Positions 56,745 to 64,000 of a stretch of DNA of 64,000 bases are shown here, in pieces (position 1 is the first letter of the stretch; each line of letters starts with the position of its first letter). The position numbers and the translations under genes are program-made. Source of the stretch: Candidatus Omnitrophota bacterium (GTDB lineage: Bacteria > Omnitrophota > Gorgyraeia > Gygaellales > Profunditerraquicolaceae); assembly GCA_028716965.1 (NCBI GenBank), contig JAQUOV010000005.1, positions 7,009 to 71,008 of the forward strand, read 5' to 3'. The notes beneath the pieces are model-generated. The model searched no databases. It was not told the DNA's origin and saw only the letters and a list, made by a program, of their open reading frames with translations.

Positions 56745-57855
56745 CTAATGCATAGCGGTCAGTCATACCGGCTATATAATCACAAACTGCCCGCTTTACT
56801 CCCTCTCTCGGGATCCTAAGTTGGACTTCCGAGGGTAACTGTTCAGGGCGCCTGGCGTATTCACAGAACAACTCCCGAATAAAACGTTTGGCTTTAATAC
56901 TCATGCGCATAACGCGGTAATGATGATAAAGCTTCTGCATAAGAAACTCCCTGAGAGGGCTTCTTAGATCCTTGGTTTCTTTGCTAAAATCCACTATTTT
57001 ATAATTAATCTTCTGCAGTTGGCTGTAATTATTAATCTTAAGCCGGGAAATTACGCTTTGGGTGCGTTCAATCAAATCCGTAACCTGCAAATCAATTAAC
57101 CCCCGGATAACCAGGTACTTACGCCTGCAGAGATCAATTTTAGCATATTTCTGGTTAATTTTGCGATTTATTTTCTCCCAGATCTCAAGGCCATCCAAAT
57201 CCTTTTCCTTTATCAACCCCGAGGTCAAACCGTCATCCAGGTCATGATTATCATAAGCAATTTCATCCGCGGCATCAACTAACTGTGTCTCCAGGGAAGG
57301 CATTTTCTTGGGTAAAAACTCTTTGATTTTAACCGCAATATCAAAAACTGAGGAATGTTTGACTATCCCTTCCCTTACTTCCCAGCTTAAGTTTAAGCCC
57401 GGGAATTCTGGATAGCGTTCTTCCAAGTAATCAACCACTCTTAATCCCTGCAGGTTATGATTAAACCCTCCATATTTAGACATCAGTTCATTGAGCGCCT
57501 CTTCTCCGGAGTGGCCAAAAGGCGTATGCCCCAGGTCATGGGCTAAAGCAATTGCTTCGGTTAAATCCGAATTCAAGCGCAATGCCCTGGCCACCGTACG
57601 GGCGATCTGCGAAACCTCAATACTATGTGTCAAGCGAGTCCGGTAATAGTCGCCTTCATGATTGACAAAAACCTGGGTTTTATATTCCAGCCTTCTAAAA
57701 GCAGCGGAATGTATAATCCGGTCCCGGTCACGCTGATAGCATGAACGGTAAGGATGCTCCTCTTCTTTATGCACGCGGCCTAGCGAATTGCAGCTCTTGG
57801 CGGCGTAAGGGGCAAGAAATTTATCTTCAAACTCTTTGATATTGTTTATAGGCAT
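56704..57855 (-). CDS. dgt: dGTP triphosphohydrolase-like HD protein
   Basis: RDRDRIIHSAAFRRLEYKTQV, RLTHSIEVSQIAR, HDLGHTPFGH. Confidence 0.85.
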   Translation of the reverse strand: MPINNIKEFEDKFLAPYAAKSCNSLGRVHKEEEHPYRSCYQRDRDRIIHSAAFRRLEYKTQVFVNHEGDYYRTRLTHSIEVSQIARTVARALRLNSDLTEAIALAHDLGHTPFGHSGEEALNELMSKYGGFNHNLQGLRVVDYLEERYPEFPGLNLSWEVREGIVKHSSVFDIAVKIKEFLPKKMPSLETQLVDAADEIAYDNHDLDDGLTSGLIKEKDLDGLEIWEKINRKINQKYAKIDLCRRKYLVIRGLIDLQVTDLIERTQSVISRLKINNYSQLQKINYKIVDFSKETKDLRSPLREFLMQKLYHHYRVMRMSIKAKRFIRELFCEYARRPEQLPSEVQLRIPREGVKRAVCDYIAGMTDRYALDEYKKLFNPYEKV

Positions 57856-58357
57856 TTTTTAGAGATTTGGCTAACTCCGCCAGGGATTGTGAAATAATCT
57901 TGGTATTTGAAATAACGGGCATGAAATTAGTATCCCCTGTCCAGCGCGGGACAATATGTAAATGCAGATGCCCGGTAATGCCGGAGCCGGCCGGCCGGGA
58001 GAGGTTAAAACCTATATTATAACCCTGCGGGTGCAGGACTTTCTGCAACAGTTCCTTTGCCCTATCCAAACATTTGAACAAATCCAGCACTTCATCCTCC
58101 CGCAATTGGGATATATCGCGTATATGCCTTAAAGGAAAAAGCAGGAGATGCCCGTTATTGTAAGGGTAGATATTTAACATAACAACGGTAAACCTGCTCT
58201 TAAAAATAACGTAATCCCTGAAACCGCTCCTTTGGTTTTGGCTATAGGAACCCAAACCAACCTTCGCCAAGCGCTTGGCGCGGCAGAAAATACACCCCTT
58301 CTCCTTACTTTTTCCGCTTATGTAACTTACTCTCCAGGGGGCCCAAAGTCTATCCAT
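57827..58357 (-). CDS. HIT-family protein (GalT/Ap4A-phosphorylase-like branch)
   Basis: LWAPWR N-terminus. Histidine triad GHLHLHIVPR. Confidence 0.7.
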   Translation of the reverse strand: MDRLWAPWRVSYISGKSKEKGCIFCRAKRLAKVGLGSYSQNQRSGFRDYVIFKSRFTVVMLNIYPYNNGHLLLFPLRHIRDISQLREDEVLDLFKCLDRAKELLQKVLHPQGYNIGFNLSRPAGSGITGHLHLHIVPRWTGDTNFMPVISNTKIISQSLAELAKSLKNAYKQYQRV

Positions 58358-58358
58358 T

Positions 58359-58844
58359 TTAAATTTTGATTATCCTGGCATTGATCTCTTCATTAATTTC
58401 AATTAAACCGTAAGAGTTACATTCCGCCGTAAAATCATTTGCGCTGCCGGGGTTAAAAAATAATACCCCGTCTATAAATTCATTCATCGGTTTATGCGAA
58501 TGCCCGAACACAATAATATCCGGCTTATCTTCCTTAAAGGCATCTTTAAGCAAGGCGGTCAGGTTCGATGCAGGGCCGCATCCGTGCATAAGGCCTATCT
58601 TATAACCTGATATTTTTAAAACTTCCTTTTCCGGGTATCTTTTCTTTACCGCCTCCAGGTCCATATTCCCGGCGACAGCGACAATCTTTGGGCAGACGGA
58701 TTTTAATTCATCGATCACCCTCAAATCCACCATGTCCCCGGCATGGATAACCATATCCACATGTCTGAAGACATCAAGTATGATCCCGGGGATATGCTCG
58801 GACTTATTCGCAATATGAGTATCAGAAATTACCCCTATTTTCAC
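58359..58844 (-). CDS. YfcE/MJ0936-family metallophosphoesterase
   Basis: GVISDTH, HAGDMVD, GHSH motifs. Confidence 0.8.
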   Translation of the reverse strand: MKIGVISDTHIANKSEHIPGIILDVFRHVDMVIHAGDMVDLRVIDELKSVCPKIVAVAGNMDLEAVKKRYPEKEVLKISGYKIGLMHGCGPASNLTALLKDAFKEDKPDIIVFGHSHKPMNEFIDGVLFFNPGSANDFTAECNSYGLIEINEEINARIIKI

Positions 58845-58917
58845 CCCGCACCTTCTTTCTCATTCAATCCATTAAACCGTATACCTTTAATAGTTAAGCT
58901 TGGATAAAGTGCGAAGC

Positions 58918-60576
58918 TCATGCAACCACCCGCGGCTTCGAAAACAGATCCAGCATCTGGTTGAGGCTGTTTAAATCCCATGTCCAGACTTTCTCTTCCA
59001 GGGCCCTCAGCCTGGCGTTAGGATCGACTTCCTTTAAGGTGACCATGATCTTACGCTGTGATTTATGGTGGTACTTTTTACATTCTCTGGAAAACTCCGC
59101 TATATCCTGTTCGGTTATGGCCTCCGGTTTAATCGCCATAATCCACAGGGACTCGCTTGAACGGCCCAATAAACCTTCTTTTAGAAGACGGTGGTTGAAT
59201 GCCAGTTGCTTTACCTCACGGAAATGGTTAAGCCTGATCTTTTTACGCTCAAACTGCATAAGGTCATCTTCAAACAACTGCAATAACTCGAATATACGGC
59301 TGGAAAGGGGTTTTTGCGATTGCCTTAAGAATTCCTGGATAAGTTCTATTAATCCGTCACGGAATTTCTCCTTCTGGCTCTTGGCATCGTACGATAAAGA
59401 GTGTATTTTCTCCTGATAAACAAAACGCATCCAATAAGCAAATAAACGGTCGCTTACCTTAATAAAATCGCCGCTGCGCGTAATAGCGTCCAACTCCAGA
59501 AGATAGTTGATCCTGGAAGCAAGCTCTTTTTTCTGCTTATGCAAGATATGGGCAATATCCTTGATCCGATTCCGGCCGCTGGCAACCAAATACAATATTG
59601 AGATATAATCATTGCTGACAGGAGAATCCAGGAAACGCTTGATATAATTGGAAAACCTCTGGTTAAGGATCCCGGATGTATTAAATAACAACTCTTCAAG
59701 AATATCCGCAAGATTGGTATAAATATTCTCCCGGTTTTGGTCATCTGATGCCAAACCCGGCCTTGCCGGCAGGCAGACACGGCCTTCTATACTGTTAGAC
59801 AAAACATCTGATATAAGCTCCAGATAAAGAGGATAGCCCCCTGTAAAATTAATTATAAAATCCTTTAGCCCAGGATATAACTTGATTGCCGGGAGGCGAT
59901 GATCAAGATAACGCCCGCTGGTATGCATATCAAAAGGTTCCACATTGATTACCTCAAAATTTCCGAACAGCAAAGAAAGCTGCTTGGAGAGGATAACCCT
60001 GGTTTTAAACATCATTGAGCTGGTTATAACATAGAGGGTATTTTTTTGCAGGATAAGCAGTTTACTCCACTCCCGGTACAAATTATTAATCCCGATACTC
60101 TCCAGGTTATGAAACTCATCCAAGAAAAGAACAGTAAATTTCCCTGTCTCCTGATAGATTAATTCAGGAAGGCTGAAAAGCTCGTTAACAATATTTACCT
60201 TTTTCCTCCGGGATAACTCATTAAGTATCGCCTTTATCTTAAGCGCCGTGTTAGGAATATACCCGGCAGACTTGGCCAGCAGGAAATCAATCTCTTCTTT
60301 TAACTCCAGCCCGCTGTTTAAAAGGAAGTTGTACAGTAAGGCCCCGATGAACCTCTTCGCAAAATCCTGGAATGAACCAGGCCTTACCTCAAGAAACACC
60401 GTAATGATCCGCGGGTCATAAAAATTATCCAGAAACTTATAAACAATACTGGTTTTCCCGACATTCTCTTCACCGATAATAGCTATATTCTGGCGATAGC
60501 CATCTTTGAGACTGCCGACGCGCTTTTGCAATATCTCGATGTAATTTCTTCGATCAAAGAATTTATCTCTTATCAT
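58918..60576 (-). CDS. AAA-type ATPase (Arch_ATPase/DUF234-like)
   Basis: Walker A GEENVGKTS. Walker B VLFLDEFHNLE. About 550 aa with C-terminal helical region. Confidence 0.6.
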   Translation of the reverse strand: MIRDKFFDRRNYIEILQKRVGSLKDGYRQNIAIIGEENVGKTSIVYKFLDNFYDPRIITVFLEVRPGSFQDFAKRFIGALLYNFLLNSGLELKEEIDFLLAKSAGYIPNTALKIKAILNELSRRKKVNIVNELFSLPELIYQETGKFTVLFLDEFHNLESIGINNLYREWSKLLILQKNTLYVITSSMMFKTRVILSKQLSLLFGNFEVINVEPFDMHTSGRYLDHRLPAIKLYPGLKDFIINFTGGYPLYLELISDVLSNSIEGRVCLPARPGLASDDQNRENIYTNLADILEELLFNTSGILNQRFSNYIKRFLDSPVSNDYISILYLVASGRNRIKDIAHILHKQKKELASRINYLLELDAITRSGDFIKVSDRLFAYWMRFVYQEKIHSLSYDAKSQKEKFRDGLIELIQEFLRQSQKPLSSRIFELLQLFEDDLMQFERKKIRLNHFREVKQLAFNHRLLKEGLLGRSSESLWIMAIKPEAITEQDIAEFSRECKKYHHKSQRKIMVTLKEVDPNARLRALEEKVWTWDLNSLNQMLDLFSKPRVVA

Positions 60577-61235
60577 GGCAAATAAAACAAGGGGTTCTGG
60601 GGCATTACGCCCTTACGTATCTCAAAATGCAGATAACTATTCTTTCCTCCGGGCGCTTGGCCGATACGCCCGATCAATGCTCCTCTTTGTACGCTTTCTC
60701 CCGGTCGCACAAAGAACTCTGAAGCCCTGGAATAGATGCTGCGTAATCCGTTTCCATGGTCAATAATTAAAGTCCTGCCAAAATTACCGAAATTATCGGC
60801 ATAAAAAACAACCTTTCCTGCGCGCGATGCCAGGATATCGGCTTCTTCAGAAATCTGAATATTTATCCCCCTGTTGATTAAATTCTGGTAGTTTGAACCG
60901 AAAGCGGAAAGGATCTTGCCTTTTAACGGCCAGATAAAATCATCGTTACCGGAAAATACCGCTTCACTCTGAGGCTTGGAACGGTTTGGTATCAACAGCA
61001 TCTGCCCGATTTCAATAGTAGCGCCTTCGGAAATATTATTCACGCGCAGGATATCATCAATCTCTACATTATACATCCTGGATATCCTCCAAAGCGTTTG
61101 CTTTGGCTCTACGCGATGGGACACCCCTGGAATAGCCTGTGGCTGAATAGGCGCTCTTGGGCCTGTATAAATCGGGCTGCTTGCGCAACCGGCTACAACC
61201 AAAGCCATCAGAATTAAAAGTATTCTTTTCATCAT
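60573..61235 (-). CDS. LysM + M23-family peptidase lipoprotein
   Basis: Lipobox VAGC. LysM (QTLWRISRMYNVEIDDILRVNNI). M23 core (GINIQISEEADILASRAGKV...IIDHGNGLRSIYS). Confidence 0.8.
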   Translation of the reverse strand: MMKRILLILMALVVAGCASSPIYTGPRAPIQPQAIPGVSHRVEPKQTLWRISRMYNVEIDDILRVNNISEGATIEIGQMLLIPNRSKPQSEAVFSGNDDFIWPLKGKILSAFGSNYQNLINRGINIQISEEADILASRAGKVVFYADNFGNFGRTLIIDHGNGLRSIYSRASEFFVRPGESVQRGALIGRIGQAPGGKNSYLHFEIRKGVMPQNPLFYLP

Positions 61236-61274
61236 CCCTACATTCTATCTACTAACTACTACATACTGATTTTA

Positions 61275-61345
61275 TAGCGGGTGAGCGGAATCGAACCGCC
61301 ATATGCAGCTTGGGAAGCTGCCATTCTACCACTGAATTACACCCG
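61275..61345 (-). tRNA. tRNA-Gly (anticodon CCC)
   Basis: Reverse complement GCGGGTGTAATTCAGTGGTAGAATGGCAGCTTCCCAAGCTGCATATGGCGGTTCGATTCCGCTCACCCGCT. Anticodon loop TTCCCAA. T loop TTCGATT. Discriminator U. No encoded CCA. Confidence 0.85.
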
Positions 61346-61612
61346 CGCTACCTAGCGCGCACTAACGCAATTCCGCTAAGCGTTAGGTGCGCAAATTATC
61401 AATGCACCCGCGCAATTCCGGTCAGCGCGGGGTACTGCCATCTACCTAGCGCGCACCAGCGCAATTTGCCCACAAGGGTAACACCAACGCAATACCCATA
61501 AGCGTTGGGTGACCTTCCTATCGCTGGGTGCTGCAAGCTATTAAATGCGCACTCGCGTAACTCCGATAAACGCCAGGTGCTGCGATGCCTTATGATGCGC
61601 ACCGACGCAACC
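61346..61612. repeat. Array of about 5 degenerate ~35-nt hairpin repeats (GCGCAC-stem-AAYTCCGNTAA-stem-GGTGCGC) plus duplicated tRNA-Gly leader/5' fragment
   Basis: Units at ~61356-61391, 61404-61435, 61479-61508, 61546-61580 and 61595-61612, with compensatory stem changes (AACGC/GCGTT vs CGCGT/ACGCC vs CCGCGC/GCGCGG). CTACCTAGCGCGCAC occurs at 61347 and 61441. CTGCCATCTACC near 61436 mirrors the tRNA body CTGCCATTCTACC. Confidence 0.5.
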
Positions 61613-62896
61613 TTACTTCTCTTTACACTCCTCCATAAGTTTAATAGAGCAATATTTTCCGCACATCGTGCATACATCATAAAGCTTGGGCTTGCTTGAG
61701 GAACGGTATTCTTTAGCCTTAGCAGGATCAATGGACAGCTTGATTTGCTTTTTCCAGTCTCTGGCCTTTCGGGCAGCGGAAATATTCTTATCCCAGCTTA
61801 TGGATGATCTCCTGCGTTTAACCAAATCTCCGGCATGGGCAGCAATACGCGAAGCAATTACTCCCTCACGCACATCATCGGCAGTTGGATGCCGTAAATG
61901 CTCAGCCGGCGTTACATAACAAAGAAAATCCGCCCCAAAACCAGCGGCTAACGCACCTCCGATGGCAGAGGTAATATGATCATAACCCGGGGCAACATCG
62001 GTTACTAAAGGCCCCAACACATAAAATGGCGCTTTCCCGCAATACTTTTTTTCGAGCAAGACATTTTTTTTAATCTGGTTTAACGGGACATGCCCCGGGC
62101 CTTCAATCATAACCTGCACCCCTCTTGCCCTGGCGCGCTTTGCTAATGCACCAAGGATTTTTAATTCCGTAATCTGCGCTTTATCCGTCGCGTCCAAAAT
62201 CGAACCCGGTCTTAACCCGTCCCCCAGGCTCAAAGTCACGTCATATTTATTGGCGATATCCAGGATTTGTTCAAAATGCGTATAAAAAGGATTTTCCTTT
62301 TTATTCCGTTTTATCCAATTAGCGATGATCGCTCCGCCGCGCGAAACAACACCCATAAGCCTTTTCTGCTTTTCTAAAGCCTTCAGGCTCCTGCCTGTTA
62401 CCCCGCAGTGTATCGTAAAAAAATCCACCCCTTGCCTGGCCTGCTCATCTAATACATCCAGGATATCCGCCGCCTTAAATTTAATAAAATCATTATTTCT
62501 TTCCTGGGCCCTGACTGCCACCTCGTATACCGGTACAGTCCCCAGCGGTACGCTTGAGTATTTTAAAGCCTGCTGCCTCATCTTAAGCAGATCCCCGCCT
62601 ACACTTAAATCCATCAAGGTATCGGCCCCATACCCTATAGCAACCTTCAGCTTCCTTATTTCATCGGAAATCCTGGATTCATCCGTAGATGTTCCGATAT
62701 TAGCGTTGACCTTAGTAGAGAGCATACTGCCCACTGCGCAGGGTTTTTTAATCTTATGATTTTTATTTAAGGGGATAACTGCCTTACCCTGGCGGATAAG
62801 GAGCATTAATTGGGCCGGATTAATACCTTCCGTTCGCGCTACTTTACGCATAATCCCGGTGATAATATTTTTCTTTGCGTATTCCAGTTGGGTCAT
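61613..62896 (-). CDS. thiC: Phosphomethylpyrimidine synthase
   Basis: ThiC core motifs. C-terminal CTMCGKYCS Fe-S cysteine cluster. ATG at 62896, one nt after the thiE stop. Confidence 0.9.
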   Translation of the reverse strand: MTQLEYAKKNIITGIMRKVARTEGINPAQLMLLIRQGKAVIPLNKNHKIKKPCAVGSMLSTKVNANIGTSTDESRISDEIRKLKVAIGYGADTLMDLSVGGDLLKMRQQALKYSSVPLGTVPVYEVAVRAQERNNDFIKFKAADILDVLDEQARQGVDFFTIHCGVTGRSLKALEKQKRLMGVVSRGGAIIANWIKRNKKENPFYTHFEQILDIANKYDVTLSLGDGLRPGSILDATDKAQITELKILGALAKRARARGVQVMIEGPGHVPLNQIKKNVLLEKKYCGKAPFYVLGPLVTDVAPGYDHITSAIGGALAAGFGADFLCYVTPAEHLRHPTADDVREGVIASRIAAHAGDLVKRRRSSISWDKNISAARKARDWKKQIKLSIDPAKAKEYRSSSKPKLYDVCTMCGKYCSIKLMEECKEK

Positions 62897-62897
62897 T

Positions 62898-63521
62898 TTA
62901 TTCCAGGGTAGCTTTTCTGATCTTATCGAATAATCTTTTTGATGCGCCTGCGGGGTCACCGGATTTTAAAATCGCCCTGCAGATTGCAACGCGCCTTGCC
63001 CCCGCATCTATAATTTCTTTTATATTCACTTCATTGATACTGCCTATGGCAAAATATGGTATCTTTATCCTTCCTTTTAGCTGGCGAAGCATCTCCAGCC
63101 CGATTGCCCTATATTCGGGCTTAGTGGCAGTAGGATAGATAGGCCCAATGCCGATATAATCCGCCCCCTCCTGCTGTGCTTTCATGGCCTGCTCCAGGTT
63201 ATGGCAAGATATGCCGATGATCTTATCTTTACCTAACAATCTCCTGGCATATTTCAGCGGAAGATCATGCTGCCCCAGATGCACTCCGTCAGAACCGGAA
63301 AGAATGGCTATATCAATGTAATCATTAATAATAAAGAGCGTTTTAGTTTTTCTAAGCCTCTTTGCCAGCTTAAACGCCGAATTTAATACCTGCGATTTAT
63401 CGGAAACTTTATCGCGCAGTTGGATTACCCCCACCCCATCAAAAGGCAACCCCGGAAGATCCCCCTTATCTAAAATCAGATAGAGAAGAGATTTTTCTAA
63501 AAGAGTCTTTCTCGATCGCAT
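62898..63521 (-). CDS. thiE: Thiamine-phosphate synthase
   Basis: YLILD, IQLRDK, GADYIGIGPIYPTATKP, PYFAIGSI motifs. Confidence 0.85.
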   Translation of the reverse strand: MRSRKTLLEKSLLYLILDKGDLPGLPFDGVGVIQLRDKVSDKSQVLNSAFKLAKRLRKTKTLFIINDYIDIAILSGSDGVHLGQHDLPLKYARRLLGKDKIIGISCHNLEQAMKAQQEGADYIGIGPIYPTATKPEYRAIGLEMLRQLKGRIKIPYFAIGSINEVNIKEIIDAGARRVAICRAILKSGDPAGASKRLFDKIRKATLE

Positions 63522-63927
63522 AAACCTTATACCTGAGATGCTTAAAGCTCAAAGCGGACATTGCATCTATTAGTTTACTAAACTCTTCAAGTACGCGCAG
63601 TGATTCTTTAACCCTTTGTATGTTCGCTAAATAAATATCCTTATAATCGGAGCGCTTAAGCTCCCCCTGAAAATTCAACCTTCCGACATCGCCGTTACTG
63701 TTGCGTTCTTTTAGCAGCGCACAGGCGGGATAGACTTTCTTGATGATACCGTCAATCTCATGCCGGATTCCCTTCAAGCCTGCCGTGAACCTGCGGTTAT
63801 TCAGGATGAACCGGGTGATCTCCTCGCAAACACGTAGCCCCTCTTTAGCCCGGTTCAGATTGGCATCGATAATACGGTAAATGTTCTTATTTCGCAAAGT
63901 CCCTGATGATTTTTTCAATGATCGCAC
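63466..63927 (-). CDS. Hypothetical protein in thi operon
   Basis: 153 aa. No confident family. Overlaps the thiE start by 56 nt and the upstream partial gene. Confidence 0.35.
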   Translation of the reverse strand: MRSLKKSSGTLRNKNIYRIIDANLNRAKEGLRVCEEITRFILNNRRFTAGLKGIRHEIDGIIKKVYPACALLKERNSNGDVGRLNFQGELKRSDYKDIYLANIQRVKESLRVLEEFSKLIDAMSALSFKHLRYKVYAIEKDSFRKISSLSDFR

Positions 63928-64000
63928 TGGTTGAACGGCCTTTAACTAAGTTGATAAGAACTACCTTCCCGCCGTAACTTTCTACGAAATCAGCTCCTAC
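63887..64000 (-). CDS. Partial CDS (C-terminal ~37 aa, ...GADFVESYGGKVVLINLVKGRSTSAIIEKIIRDFAK) continuing beyond window; likely thiamine-pathway gene
   Basis: Open frame to the window edge. TAA stop at 63887-63889. Identity not resolvable from the fragment. Confidence 0.3.
   Translation of the reverse strand, partial: VGADFVESYGGKVVLINLVKGRSTSAIIEKIIRDFAK

Noticed and set aside
61310-61731. Three short ORFs (63-110 aa) across the hairpin-repeat region
   Set aside because: They run through a tRNA gene and a palindromic repeat array. GC-rich repeats create spurious open frames.

Overview
This 64 kb window is a gene-dense chromosomal segment of an anaerobe-like bacterium. Overall composition is roughly mid-40s % GC (eyeballed, not counted). 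No rRNA, CRISPR array, integrase or transposase was seen. Housekeeping content: GroEL C-terminus, a guaB3-like gene plus guaA, dnaE, HU, hisS, aspS, the conserved phoH/7TM-HD/ybeY block, recO, panE, apbE, panB, glyQS, ppdK, a sigma-70-family factor, apt, aroB, gpmA and thiC-thiE. Two tRNA genes are present: tRNA-Arg(CCT) on the + strand and tRNA-Gly(CCC) on the - strand. Accessory or unusual content: (1) a glycogen-themed cluster with a GH57 enzyme, a membrane-anchored beta-sandwich-like protein and a ParA/MinD-type ATPase fused to a C-terminal CBM48/AMPK-beta glycogen-binding domain, followed by a histone-H1-like Lys-rich protein and a DUF134 DNA-binding protein. (2) A soluble MgtE-N/CBS sensor protein whose stop overlaps the start of an Nramp-family transporter with a non-canonical TM1 motif. 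(3) A dense c-di-GMP set: three PilZ genes, YajQ, GAF-HD-GYP, next to an ExeA/GspB-like pair. (4) A lexA-ORF-dinB SOS cassette with a perfect 18-bp palindrome between the lexA -35 and -10. (5) A tightly overlapping HD-GYP/dGTPase/HIT/YfcE/AAA-ATPase minus-strand operon. (6) Rubrerythrin plus an unlisted 41-aa desulforedoxin. (7) A 19-aa Cys/Lys micropeptide ORF behind a secreted EF-hand protein. (8) A Pro/Gly-repeat secreted protein with tandem DNA repeats. (9) An array of compensatory hairpin repeats sharing sequence with the tRNA-Gly leader and body, between thiC and tRNA-Gly. All family assignments come from motif recognition by eye; none were database-searched.
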